DNA of 64,000 nt from Octopus vulgaris (lineage: Eukaryota), in contig OX597836.1 of assembly GCA_951406725.2 (NCBI GenBank), positions 27,590,001 through 27,654,000 on the forward strand. The letters run 5' to 3'. Made by a program: the position numbers and the translations under genes. Of the stretch, positions 25,025 to 38,950 are shown piece by piece; within the stretch, counting starts at the first letter, position 1; every line of letters starts with the position of its first letter. Under the pieces are notes generated by a model. It made no database searches. It was not told where the DNA came from and worked only from the letters and a program-made list of their open reading frames with translations.

Positions 25025-25101
25025 CAGAGAGACAGACTGATAGACAGATAGACAGATAGATATACAAACAGATAGATATACAAACAGATAGATATACAAA
25101 C

Positions 25102-25167
<66 letters not shown>

Positions 25168-25270
25168 TTAAGGCCGGTTTGGAGGGTTTCTCAGGGTTTC
25201 ACAAAACTCTGAGTAACCATATAAACCGGCCTTAACTCTCTTTATCTAAATACTCTACTGTTCTATAACT

Positions 25271-25505
25271 TAAGGCGGCGAGCTGGCAGAAACGTTAGCA
25301 CGCCGGGCGAAATGCGTTGCCGTATTTCGTCTGCCGTTACGTTCCGAGTTCAAATTCCGCCGAGGTCGACTTTGCTTTTCATCCTTCCGGGGTCGATAAA
25401 TTAAGTACCAGTTACGCACTGGGGTCTATGTAATCGACTTAATCCGTTTGTCTGTCCTTGTTTGTCTCCTCTGTGTTTAGCCCCTTGTGGGGTAGTAAAG
25501 AAATA
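25271..25505 (+). mobile_element. SINE family A, full length
   Basis: Consensus-like copy with TATAACTT on both flanks. Confidence 0.85.
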
Positions 25506-25584
25506 TATAACTTTCTCTTTCGGATTTATGATTTACTGATCACACACACACACACACACGCAGGCACACACACACACACACAGG

Positions 25585-25618
<34 letters not shown>

Positions 25619-26054
25619 CAAAACTGATTTCTTTCAGTTTCTGTCTGCCAAATCTACTAACAGGGCTATGATCACCATGGAGGTTATAGCAGAAGATACT
25701 TGCCCAAGGTCCTAGCGGTGGGATGGAACCTGCAACCATGTGCGTGGAAAACAAGCGTCTTACCAAAGAGCCGTGACAGCACCTAATGCAGGTTTCCCAT
25801 CAACTGAATTTTAATATAAGTGGCAGAGTATTCCACAGATATATTTTAAAATAATATTGAAGTTGAATCAACACGACGCAGTACGCGACAAAACTGGCCG
25901 GGTGTATTACGGGTACTTTCTCTCTCCCATACAGATTCCCACACGAAGATAGTTTAAAAGATATCTACCCTTATCACCGTGCAACAGGCTTGAAACTGAG
26001 ATCCAATAATTTGCAGACGGAACGCCTTGCTTGACCATTCAGCCATGCTTGTAA

Positions 26055-26469
26055 CCTATTTCTTTATTACCCACAAGGGGCTAAACACAGAGGGGACAAA
26101 CAAGGACAGACATAGGTATTAAGTCGATTACATCGACCCAGTGCGTAACTGGTACTTAATTTATCGACCCCGAAAGGATGAAAGGCAAAGTCGACCTCGG
26201 CGGAATTTGAACTCACAACGTAACGCAGACGAAATACCTATTTCTTTATTACCCACAAGGGGCTAAACACAGAGGGGACAAACAAGGACAGACATAGGTA
26301 TTAAGTCGATTACATCGACCCCAGTGCGTAACTGGTACTTAATTTATCGACCCCGAAAGGATGAAAGGCAAAGTCGACCTCGGCGGAATTTGAACTCACA
26401 ACGTAACGCAGACGAAATACCGCTAAGCATTTTGCCCGGCGTGCTAACGTTTCTGCCAGCTCGCTGCCT
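26055..26469 (-). mobile_element. SINE family A with a 182-bp internal tandem duplication
   Basis: The unit CCTATTTCTTTATTACCCACAAG starts at 26055 and 26237. Confidence 0.85.
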
Positions 26470-26576
26470 TGCTTGCAACCGTCTACATCTATATATTTAC
26501 ATATACACACAAACAACCATTAGCACAAACACGCGTACATCTACAGACCTCCTCTCGCTCTCTCTCTATATATATA

Positions 26577-26614
<38 letters not shown>

Positions 26615-26843
26615 TGTGTGTACATACACACACACACGCGCACGCACATACATACTGATATACACGCACACAGTCACATAGATGTAGACAAATACAACAG
26701 AAGCACGCGTTCAAGTAATTCTCTCTATGTTTCTGTACCGAGTTGCGTTTGGTATGTAATTTTCGGCAATGTTTAGTAACATATCTGTCTGAATGTCTGT
26801 CTGTCTACCTGCCTGTCTGTCTGCCTGCCTCTCTCTCTTTCTC

Positions 26844-26914
<71 letters not shown>

Positions 26915-26935
26915 GTCTGTCTGTCTGTCTGTCGT

Positions 26936-26983
<48 letters not shown>

Positions 26984-27003
26984 TCTATCTACCTATCTAT
27001 CTA

Positions 27004-27054
<51 letters not shown>

Positions 27055-27055
27055 C

Positions 27056-27139
<84 letters not shown>

Positions 27140-27389
27140 GCTATCTATCTATCTCTCTATCTGTCTGTTTGTTTCACTTTCATTTTCTGTGTGTCTGTTC
27201 GTTGCCTCCTTTTTTTACCTACCTTGATGCGTCTGTCTCATCATCACGGACAAGGTGAAGAAGAAGAAGAAGAAGAAGAAGAAGAAGAAGAAGAAGAAGA
27301 AGCGGAGGAGTAGGTGGAGGAGGAGGAGGAAGCTGGTTGTACTGAAAGAGACTTGCAACACTATAACCACATATTGGTGATGCTATATT

Positions 27390-27403
27390 GTTGCCATGGC
27401 GAC
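27390..27403. promoter_or_regulatory. Candidate RFX X-box
   Basis: GTTGCCATGGCGAC matches the palindromic consensus GTTGCCATGGCAAC at 13/14 positions. Confidence 0.4.
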
Positions 27404-27599
27404 AGGCGTTTAAAAAACACAACATTGATGGTGGATTGTTGTCAGTTCGTAATTGAAGCAGCTGTTGCGAAAGTTGTCTCTGGTGGTGGTGGTGGTGGTG
27501 GTGACGACAAAGGTGGAGGAGTCGATGTTGGTATCGGTGGTAGCGCTTGTGGTGCTGACAGTGGTGTTGGTGCTAATGATGTTGGTGGTAGTAGCCTTT

Positions 27600-27647
<48 letters not shown>

Positions 27648-28439
27648 ATAGTTGTAGTAGTTGTAGTAGTAGCCTTGGTAGTAGTAGTAGTAGTATTAGT
27701 AGTAGTTTTAGCAGCAGCGTTGGTGCTGACGGTAGTAATGGTGGTAGAGGTGGTGGTGGCAATGGTGGCGGTGGTTGTGGTGTTAGTTGTCGTTGTAGTA
27801 GTAGTTAAGCTTGTTGTGGTGTTTGCTGGTAGTAGTAGTAGTAGTAGTAGTGGTGATGGTACTGGTGATGGTAGTAGCGGTGGGGGTAGTAGTGGTGGCG
27901 GTGGCAGTAGTTTCGGTGGTAGCGGTGGTGGTGGTGATGTCGATTGTGGTGTGGGTGGTAGTGGTAGTATTGGTGATAGTAGCGGTTGTGGTTGAAGTGG
28001 TGGTGGTGGTGGTAGTGATAGTGGTAGTAACTGTTGTGTTGATTGTAGCAGCAGTAGTTGTAGAGGTAGTGGTAGATTTGGAGATAGTAAGGTGGTGGTA
28101 AAGGTGTGGTATAGGTGCTAGTACTGCAAGTTGTAGTGATATTGGTGTCGTTGGCGATCTTTGTGCAGGTAGTAGTTGTAACAGTGGTATTAGTATTGGT
28201 ATTAGTGGTGGTGGTAGCGGTTGTGGTGGTAGTAGCGGTTGTGGTGGCTGTGATGTTGGTGGAGGTTAATGGTCTGAGATTCGAATCCGTGATCCCTCGA
28301 CCGTGAGTTCGCTGCTCTAACCACTAGGCCATGTGCCTCCACAACCAAATTGGAGTTAATCTATATTAATAATAATAATAACCTGTATTGTGGAAGAAAC
28401 AATAGCATATATCTGTAAACAGCTTTCAATGAGATGATC

Positions 28440-29280
28440 TTTTTTAAAGTGATAAAAATGTTTGTAATATGTTGAAGGCGGGGTTTACGATGGTTTTATT
28501 TCTATCGACCCTGAAAGGATGCAAGGTAAAGTTGGCCTCGGTGGCATTTGAACTCAGAACTAAAATAGGAAAAAATATCCGCTGTTGCATTTTTGTCCGG
28601 CGCTGTAACGAGTCTGCCAGCTCGCCGCCTTAACGGAGGATATACATAAGAGCAGCAATTTTCGGGGAGAGGATAAGTTGATTACATCGATCCCCAGTAT
28701 GCAACTGGTACTCACTTTATCGTCCTTGAAAGGGATGAAAGACAAAGTCGACATCGTCGGAATTTGAACTCAGAACGTTCGTCTCCAAAAAGGATTAAAG
28801 GCAAGGTCGACATCAGTGAAATTTGAACTCAAAACGTTCGTCCCCGAAAGGGATGAAAGGCAAAGTCGACATCGGTGAAATTTGAACTCAAAACGTTCGT
28901 CCCCGAAAGGGATGAAAGGCAAAGTCGACATCGGGGAAATTTGAATTCAAAACTTTCGTCCCCGAAAGGGATGAAAGGCAAAGTCGACATCGGTGGAATT
29001 TGAACCCAGAACGTAAAGCCGTGAGAAAGTCTACGACTCATTTTGCCTGGCATGCTAACGATTCTGCCAGCTCGTTGCCTTAATGTAGGAAATATATATT
29101 CGCTTAAAATTTTGGCAGATGGCTAGCAAGCTCGGGTGTGGGTGTACTTATTTTATCGATCTCGAAACGATGAAAGGCAAAGTCGACCTCGACGGCATTC
29201 GAACGCAAAACCGCAAAGCGGGGAAAAAATACTGCCGAGCATTTTGTCGGACATGGTGATGATTGTGTCAGTTCGCTGTT
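28440..29280 (-). mobile_element. Three tandem SINE family A copies; the middle copy carries a 59-bp x5 internal array
   Basis: Units of CGTCCCCGAAAGGGATGAAAGGCAAAGTCGACATCGG..ATTTGAACTC start at about 28721, 28780, 28839, 28898 and 28957. Confidence 0.8.
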
Positions 29281-29284
29281 TTAG

Positions 29285-30085
29285 TGTAAGAAACATGATA
29301 CAAGTGCTAATGGGGGATACCGACAGTTTCAATAAGCCATGCAGTGTTTTACCTACCTCCCCATAATGAAACAATGATATTTATTCACGTACATGATAAC
29401 ATTTAAAACTGTTGTTTCTAACATGCAAAATAAGGATATTTGTTTAATTAGTTTCACCACATAGCCCTGCTCTACCTGGAGCATCGAGATAAAGCATCTA
29501 CATTCCGGATTTCTCATCTTCTTCTCAACTGCATCGATCACTATGTTGGCTGTTTTTCACTGTTCATTATTTAAATTAACTGAATGAGGTTCAACTTGTT
29601 GCTCATTTGTATCATTAAATTCACCCCGAGGATCTGGCATTCTTATTCTCTGAAAATTCATTCCGTTTTCAATTAAAAAGCTTTACTTCATGAAGAGCGG
29701 AAATTTCTGCTTCTCTTTTCTCTCCTTTATTAATTTTTAAAAAAAATTCCCTTTAATTACTTGCCACGAATAGCTGCAGAAATTCTTCTCATTTGTGATG
29801 ACCTTCTAAATGTTGAAACTTCCTCTCAAGTGTTTTTCAAAGTCATTGTTATTTTTACCAAGAACCCTGGCCATAAACAAACAACTTCAAATGCCGACAG
29901 AATTTTCCGTCGATTTCTTTACCGTTCATCGTATTCCTTTGCTTCTGGAGCGCCAAGCAGTAACAAACAGAGATGAACAATTTCAACATATTTGGAGCTT
30001 AACCAATGCATCTAGGTCACAATGTTACGATCTCTTCGCCTTCGTTTTCCATTACGTCCAGGGAAAAGGAATATTAAAGTATGGC
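29285..30085 (-). mobile_element. Helitron RepHel remnant, linker to Pif1 helicase N-terminus
   Basis: With frameshifts: LCLLLLGAPEAKEYD, EEVSTFRRSSQMRRISAAI, LNNEQ*KTANIVIDAV, a decayed Walker A (YLDAPGRAG) and GKTLHGLLKLSV. Confidence 0.75.
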
Positions 30086-30199
30086 TAGGGACAGGTAGAG
30101 ACTGGTAGGATCAGGCATAGGCGTGTACCGACAAATAGAGAAGGGTAGAGAGAGGTACAGAGAAGTAGAGATAGGTAGAGATAGGTAGAGACGAGTAAA

Positions 30200-30533
30200 G
30201 ACGCCCTTCGTTCATAAATGACCATGGAATTGTACCTAGAAAGTTCCCTTCCGAGGCAAGAGTCCAGGTAAGGTTGTTTATGGAAGACCAGCAGTCGCCC
30301 ATGCACACCAGCCTCCTCTCTCCACACCATTGATGTTATCCAAGGGAAAGACAAAGGCCATGATACAGCTTGGCACCAGTGAAGTTGAAACTCGTTCCTA
30401 TAGCTGAGTGAACTGGAGCAACGTGGAATAAAATGTCTTGCTCAAGAACACAACACACAACCCAGTCCAGGATTCGAACTCACTACCTCATGATTGTAAG
30501 CCCTACACTCTCACTATTGAGCCATGTGAAGGC
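30200..30533 (-). mobile_element. SINE family D2 (tRNA head)
   Basis: Reverse complement head ATGGCTCAATAG...GAGTTCGAATCC. The tail is also present at about 46825-46975. Confidence 0.75.
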
Positions 30534-30799
30534 GCATCGTGAGGTAGAAACGAGTAACGACGAATACAAACGTATAGAGACGTGTACAGACGTATAGACA
30601 CAGGTGTAGACAGGTATAGACAGGTACAGACGAGTACAGACAGGTAGAGATAAGTAGAGATGAAAACTTTCATTTCCATGGTTGACATTGGACTTTTCAG
30701 TAGGATGTACACCTTGGTCACTTGGAGTTTCAGCTACTTCAGAACTTGTCCCCTTTCAAAATCTATTCCATATTGATCTATGAAATGAACATTTTACTG

Positions 30800-31395
30800 G
30801 ATGAACGGGAGGATGGATGGATGGATGGATGGATAGATGAACGGGTGGATGGATGGATGGATGGATGGACGAATGGATGGATGGATAGATGGATGAATGG
30901 ATTGATGAATGGATGAATGGATGGATGAATGGATTGATGGATGGATGGATAAGTGGATGGATGAATGGATGGATGTATGGATTGATGGATGAATGGATGG
31001 ATGAATGAATGGATGGATGAACGGGTGGATGGATGGATGAATGAACGGGTGGATGGATGAATGAACGGGTGGATGGATGGATGGATGGATGGATGGATGG
31101 ATGGATGAATGGATGGATGGATGGATGAATGGATGGATGGATGGATGGATGGCTGGCTGGCTGGATGGATGGATGAATAAACGGGTGGATGGATGGATGA
31201 ATAAACGGGTGGATGGATGGATGGATGAATGGATGGATAGATGAACAGGTGGATGGATGGATGGATGGATGGATGAATGGATGGATGGATGGATGAATGA
31301 ATGAATGAATGAATGGATGGATGGATGGATGAATAGATGGACGGACGGACGAATGGATGGATAGACGGATGGATGGATGGACAGACGGATGGAGG
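30800..31395. repeat. (GGAT)n tetranucleotide array
   Basis: Seen directly. Confidence 0.95.
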
Positions 31396-32412
31396 AATTG
31401 TCATAACGTCTTGAAATACTGCTGCACGTTCCGTGATGTTCTTTAAAATGAAGGCAAGATATTTGAAACATTTGCTTCTCCTTCTGCTTTGCAGGTTATC
31501 ATTCGCAATGAAGTGTCAGAGTTGGCCTTTAAACTTTACGTGGGTTCTCTAAATACTGTTGGAAAACTTTTTGTCTTCTGTGGGTAACAATGAATTTATT
31601 CCTCACTACGAGTCAATATTTATAAAACTGTTGCCGAGTTTCCCCGGGTACGAACGCATGATGTGTGAGCTTCAGTATTTTGAATATCGTTGGATCATAC
31701 AAATTCACTCTGAACGACGGTGGTGGACAAGACCTCGAATACAGATGGCATAACAAAATAGGGAATTCTTTGGGAAGAAAACATTTCTTACACAAATTAC
31801 AATATTCATATTCCATATTCGCCAATAAATACAGCAGATATTTCTATGCTGTTTGGAAAATTACAATATCTAATATTCGGACCTCGTCTGAAATGAAGTT
31901 CTACATTACGAATAGGAACATGGTGTAGGAAAATAACGTTTCGGAATGCGCATGTTTCTTCTTCCAACTCAAGTGAATATATTGTTATTATGTAACTGAA
32001 TATATGAAGTCCAACGATGAATAAACCTTTGAATAATATCTAATCTTTCAGCTAAACATTGAGAATCTGAAAGATCGCCTGTCTAATGTTGCAATGTTTC
32101 ATTAGGGTCCATTATATATAACTAATCCTACTCAGGGTGAAGTGTACAAGTTATTTGATAAGTTTGCCCCTTAACTTTGTACCAATAAGGTCCTTACCCC
32201 TCAAGTATATAAATATATTCAACCCGAATGAAGCAGACGGTAAAGAACAATTGTAGTGCCTAATATTTTTACGGGGAAAAATCGATTCTTCATAATTTTC
32301 TTGAAAAAAATTCATTTATTCTGGATTAGGATTGAGCTGATGGAACAAAGCTTATCCGTTCTGGCTGCAACTCAGATGTGATCTTTACAGCAAAGGTTTT
32401 GAATATGATCAC
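31396..32412 (-). mobile_element. Helitron RepHel remnant, N-terminal region
   Basis: KNIRHYNCSLPSASFG, GPYWYKVKGQTYQITCTLHP, PNIRYCNFPNSIEISAVFIGEYG, TRQQFYKY*LVVRNKF...KVFQQY and [15 protein letters not shown] occur in the order known from Helitron_like_N proteins. Confidence 0.8.
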
Positions 32413-32500
32413 ATATTCTATCCCTATCACCAAACTTGTATTGTCCAACCCTGTGACTCCAGTTTTCTTGCTAATCGTTTCATTAATATTTTCAATTCCT

Positions 32501-32816
32501 TTTTCAAGTCTTTCCCCTCATCTCTTCTAAATAGCCAAAACCTTCTCTTTTATACAGATTTCCCCATTATCCCCCTCTGCTGCTCCTTAACTAGTCCTGG
32601 TGATTCATCATATTTCTGCTCCTGTCTCACCTGTTCCCTGTACCTTTTCATATTCCTTTTCATTAATATATTCTATTGTTTTTCAAGTCTCTCCCTCATC
32701 TCTTCTAAATAGCCAATACCGTCTCTTTTATACTGGTTTACTCATTTTTCTCCTCTGCTGCTCCTTAACTAGTCCTGGTCATTCATCATCTTTCTGCTCC
32801 TGTCTCACCTGCTCCT
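32501..32816. repeat. ~178-bp tandem duplication upstream of the Helitron remnant
   Basis: TTTTCAAGTCT...CTGCTGCTCCTTAACTAGTCCTGG...CTGTCTCACCTG occurs twice. Confidence 0.8.
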
Positions 32817-33139
32817 TATATCTTCTTATTCTCATAAATCAACTCACCTATTGCTGCACATATTTCATATATCAAAAATACATAAAAAGTAATCCTCGGT
32901 ATAGTCTAACTCAAAACATTTATTTGCATTACGGTGCATGCGTTAAATGAATAATAATTTTCATACGAAATAAATATTCGTTTCAAATTTTGGCAAAATG
33001 CCAGAAATTTCGGATAAGGGGGACAATTAGTTACATCGATCCCAGTGCTCGAATGATACTTATTTCATCGATTCCGAAAGGACAAAAGTCGACCTTCGGC
33101 AGAATTTGAACTCAGTACGTGAACACAAATTAATCAATA

Positions 33140-33548
33140 AGAGTGGCTGTGTGGTAAGTAGATTGCTTACGAACCACATGGTTCCGGGTTCACTCCCATT
33201 GCGTGTCACCTCGGGCAAGTGTCTTCTACTATAGCCCCGGGCCGACCAAAGCCTTGTGAGTAGATATGGGAGACGGAAACTGAAAGAATCTCGTCGTATA
33301 TATGTATATATGTGTGTGTGTGTATGTGTGTGTATATGTTTGTATGTCTGTGTTTGTCCCCCCAACATCGCTTGACAACCGATGCAGGTGTGTTTACATC
33401 CCCGTAACTTAGGGGTTCGGCAAAAATGACCGATAGAATAAGTACTAGACTCACAAAGAATAAGTCCTGGGGTCGATTTGCTCGACTAAAGGCGCTGCTC
33501 CAGCATGGCCACAGTCAAATGACTGAAGCAAGTAAAAGAGTAAAAGAG
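33140..33548 (+). mobile_element. SINE family B, full length with short internal microsatellite
   Basis: Both halves are present. Confidence 0.85.
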
Positions 33549-33789
33549 CAAATATTAACCAAAAGAAATTATTCTTTGCTGTTTTCTCCTTACCACTCCA
33601 ATAATCGCCTACGCTACCATCTCCACCGACCAAGATGCAGTCCTCTGAATATTACATATACGTCTGTACCCGTCTCTATACGTCTGTACCCGTCTCTATA
33701 CGTCTGTACCCGTATTTAACCGTCTCTACCTCTCCATGTGCCTTCACATGGCTCAGTGGATATACAGTCCTCCGCACATCACATGTGTT

Positions 33790-34050
33790 AATGCGGCGAG
33801 TTGGCAGAAACGTTAGCGCGCGCCGGGCGAAATGCTTAGCGGAATTTTGTCTGTCTTTGCGTTCTGAGTTCAAATTCCGCCGAGGTCGACTTTGCTTTTC
33901 ATCCTTTCGGGGCCGATAAATTAAGTACCAGTTGTATACTGGGGTCGATCAAATCGACTAGCCCCCTCCACCCAAAATTTCGGGCCTTGTGTCTAGAGTA
34001 GAAAAGAATCGTTAGCACGTCGGGCAAAATGCTTAGCAGCATTTCTTCTG
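33790..34050 (+). mobile_element. SINE family A, short-tail variant plus a partial second head
   Basis: Head, B box and core are present. Confidence 0.8.
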
Positions 34051-34092
34051 CTTCTTCATCATCATCATCATATAATCTTCTTCTTCTTCTTC

Positions 34093-34124
<32 letters not shown>

Positions 34125-34395
34125 AAACTTCTTCTTCTTCTTCACCTACTCCTACTTCTTTTATTTCTTCTTCTTGTTCTTCATCATCATCATCATCATG
34201 ATCTTTTTCTTCTTCTTCTTCACCTTCTCCTACTTATTCTTCTTCTTCTTGTTCTTCATCATCATCATCATCATCATCATAATCTTCCTCTTCTTCTTCT
34301 TCTTCTTCTTCTTCTTCTTCACCTTCTCCTACTACAACTACTACTTCTTCCATTTCTTCCACTTCTTCTTCTTCTTCTTCTTCACCTTCTCCTAC

Positions 34396-34427
<32 letters not shown>

Positions 34428-34611
34428 CTTCTTCTTCTTCTTCTTCTTCTTCTTCTCCTCCTCCTTCTTCTTCACCTTCTCCTCCTCCTTCTTCTTCTTC
34501 TTCTTCTTCTTCTTCTTCTTCTTCTTCTTCTTCTTCTTCTTCTTCTTCTTCTTCTTCTTCTTCTTCTTCTTCTTCTTCTTCTTCTTCTTCTTCTTCTTCT
34601 TCTTCTTCTTC
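34045..34611. repeat. (CTT)n/(CAT)n trinucleotide array
   Basis: Seen directly. Confidence 0.95.
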
Positions 34612-35227
34612 GTATAGTGTCTCTTTATACATATGTTTTTTTTCTTTCTTTTAAGGATACACACTCCTCTAGTCAAGGAAGAAACAATATCTTCTCAGTT
34701 CTCAATTTTTACATCATACTGGAAAGGTCAAACGAGCTGGCTGCGGTAAATGCTTCTCTTTAGGTTTAAAAAGATCGAGGAAAACACGCGGTTCAAAATG
34801 ACTAAAATGAGGTAGGCACAGGAGAGCAACCGAAACTATCCGTTTCTCAAAAAAGAAATGCAAAAAAAAAAAAAACGCGGGTGAAAAAGAAAAAAACTGA
34901 CGTAGAATAAAAGTTCAGAAAATAGGCACTCGTCAAAGAAAGTAGACAGGTAAAGAAAATACACGTGATTGTAGTAGTTTTTAGCAGACAGCAACTTGGC
35001 TTGTTACTATGGAAATAGGCTCCAATGTGTCGGTGGCTTTCGATTGAATATGATTATCCAAAATTTGCAAATATTAAAAGCAACATACTTTTTGCTTATT
35101 AATTTATGGCAGAAAAAATTTTCATTTCCATAATTAGCGTACAAAACTGCATCAGTACAACAAATTTGAAAACAATTGGAACAAAATTGAAAATATAGAA
35201 AATTGTGACAGCAACCGAATAGATCTC

Positions 35228-35309
<82 letters not shown>

Positions 35310-35405
35310 TACATACATATATATATATACTCATATATATATACTCATATATATATATATATATATATACTCACATACATACATATATATATATGCATAC
35401 TCACG

Positions 35406-35464
<59 letters not shown>

Positions 35465-35517
35465 TATACATATACATATATACATACATATATGTACATA
35501 CCTACATATATATGTAG

Positions 35518-35765
35518 AAAACATAGAAATGGAACTTTTTTTCGAACAATGAAAAAAACAAATAGAGAAACGCGACAGACAACGTAAATAACATTCCCTT
35601 CATCAGTTGTCCTCTGTTTTATCTGCTTTGCGTTTCGAATGTAGGAACAAGACGCGACTTCGTTAAAACAGTCGTTCCCGCAAAGCAAATTTTAAAGAAT
35701 TAGTATTTGCAGAGAGTTAAAGTGGCGACAAAAACGGGGCAGTGAGAACAAAACAGTAAAAAACG
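35518..35765. repeat. Interspersed repeat family F
   Basis: Homologous to about 58430-58730 (TTCCCTTC.TCAG...GTTTCGAA...TTCCCGC..AAAGCAAATT). Confidence 0.6.
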
Positions 35766-35864
35766 AACGGTAAGGGGTGCTATGCCATAACGAGGTGAAG
35801 CGGTGAACGCTGGAGAAACGAGCTTTGAGGAGACAGGCAAAAGCACATCTTGTCCTTAGTAAGG

Positions 35865-35904
<40 letters not shown>

Positions 35905-35921
35905 TTTTATATATATATATA

Positions 35922-36052
<131 letters not shown>

Positions 36053-36220
36053 GAAGAAAATTAGCTTCAAGCACTCCAAGCAATGCGTAGTAAATATACA
36101 GATCTGGCTCCGCCCTCGGAGGTCACATGTGTATCCACAAATGTTGACTCTGCGTCATGATATTTGACTCGAACTACGAGAGTCTGCTACCATAAATGAA
36201 TGACACTCACATATCTACAA

Positions 36221-36261
<41 letters not shown>

Positions 36262-36384
36262 TAAAAACACATTTTCATATATACAATGTCATTACAATAC
36301 CTACATTTCTCTCTCACTCTCTCTCGCTCTCTCTCTCTCTCTCTTTCGCTCTCTCTCTCTCTCTCGCTCTCTCTCTCTCTTTCG

Positions 36385-36436
<52 letters not shown>

Positions 36437-36497
36437 TTGTGTGTGCGTATATATATATTTAACTTTTCCAGAGCCCCCAACCCCGTATGTGTGTGTG

Positions 36498-36843
<346 letters not shown>

Positions 36844-37068
36844 ACAAACACTCGTTCACATACATTCAAACATATATTCCTACATATAAACACAAATATA
36901 CATCTATACACCTTTACACATATTCAACAACATGATGGACTTTTATGCACATACCCACGTGTAACAAACTAAACATTCAAATATATGAAATATATATATA
37001 TATATACCTATTTGTCGGATCATTGTACTTCCACGGCATGAAACTATTTCAAGGTCTTATTGAAATAC

Positions 37069-37111
<43 letters not shown>

Positions 37112-37200
37112 AATGAAAGATGTGTGTGTATGTACATTATGGATATGTATATATATATATTTGTGTGTGTATATGTGTATGTATGTATGTTATGTATATG

Positions 37201-37232
<32 letters not shown>

Positions 37233-37260
37233 CATCTGTGTGTGTTGTGTGTATGTATGC

Positions 37261-37302
<42 letters not shown>

Positions 37303-37326
37303 CATCTGTGTTTGTATGTGTGTATG

Positions 37327-37399
<73 letters not shown>

Positions 37400-37723
37400 G
37401 TATGTATGTATGTATAAAGTGATGAAATGAGATGAAACTGAATACTTGATAAATTAATATCATAGAAACTTCATAACACACACACACATACACACGCACA
37501 CGCACACACACACACACACACACACATTAAAGTATACAGCAGAAAAACCTCCGGTGCATATAGCAAAGACGACACGCAGAGCTCAACGCATAAACATACT
37601 CTGAAACTCTGCAACACAAAAGATGCGCTGCGTTCAATGAAGACGGCAAACGGAGCAGAACATAATGTAATGCATACATCGTAAATATCATGCAAGGCAT
37701 ATCCCAGAATGCATCTGCCATTT

Positions 37724-37761
<38 letters not shown>

Positions 37762-38089
37762 CTCCTTTTATACCGTTTATATATATTTTTTATCTTTTGT
37801 CTTTTTTACTTGCTTCAGTCATTGGATGGCGACCATGCTGGAGCACCGCCATAAAAAGGTTTAGTCGAACTAATTGACCCCCCAGGACTTTATTTTTGAA
37901 GGCTTGACACTTATTCCATCTGTTTCGTCTTAACGAACCGCTTTATTTATAGGGACGTAAACAAGCTAACACCGGTTGTCAACCGATGGGGTACAAACGC
38001 AAACACATAGACACACACACACACATATATATATATAGATAGGTTACAGTTTGAACACAAACACACAGACACACACACAAATTATAATT

Positions 38090-38405
38090 AGGCACTCCTC
38101 CGTCGGTTACTACGACGAGCCTTCCAGATGATCCGATCAACGGAACAGCCTTCTCGCGAAATTACGGTGCAAGGGGGTCTGGACTCCATATAGACGTGTC
38201 CCCTTAATGTCAGTTCTCAAGGAGACGCATATTGACAAGGAATATGACAAGGCTTGGCCCTTTGAAATACGACTGCTACACATTTTAGTCAGCCGAGCGA
38301 ATTGGAGCAACAGAAAATGAAGTGTCTTGCCTAAGCAAAGAACGCGCCACCTGAAATCGAACTCACGACCTTACAACTTCGAGAGGAATACCTTCACCAT
38401 TTAGC
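38090..38405 (-). mobile_element. SINE family D1, diverged
   Basis: Shared with about 59390-59710 (-), 49345-49612 (+) and 48156-48270 (-). Confidence 0.7.
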
Positions 38406-38445
38406 GAGCAGAGTCCCATTAAGGCGGGTGGCCCTTGATATTGTA

Positions 38446-38517
<72 letters not shown>

Positions 38518-38950
38518 CACACACACACATATATATATAAACATATCGGTATATTTACCTTCTCTGGAATGTCACTAATTAATTTGAGAACTTTACATTC
38601 TTGGAAAGCATATATGAACTCAATCTTAGTTTGTTTAGCATATTTCTTCAAGTTCCTGGAACTCACATCTACAACTTTATCGGTATATTTACACTCTCTG
38701 AGATGTTACTAATTGATGTGAGAACTTTACATTATTGGAAAACCTATATGAAATTAGCTGAAGATTACTTGACATATATTTGCTGTAATATTTGCAGCTT
38801 TAATAAATTCTTATAGTATGAAACAATTGTACTAAATTACCGGATCCATTCTTGTTGCTTATTTTTGGTTACATATATGTATATGTATATATGCATATAT
38901 ATGTATATATGTATAAGAGATCAAAGTGTACGTACGTTGCTATATATATA

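Noticed and set aside
28721-29015. CRISPR-like array
   Set aside because: The units are contiguous with no unique spacers, derive from a SINE, and sit in a eukaryotic context with no cas genes.
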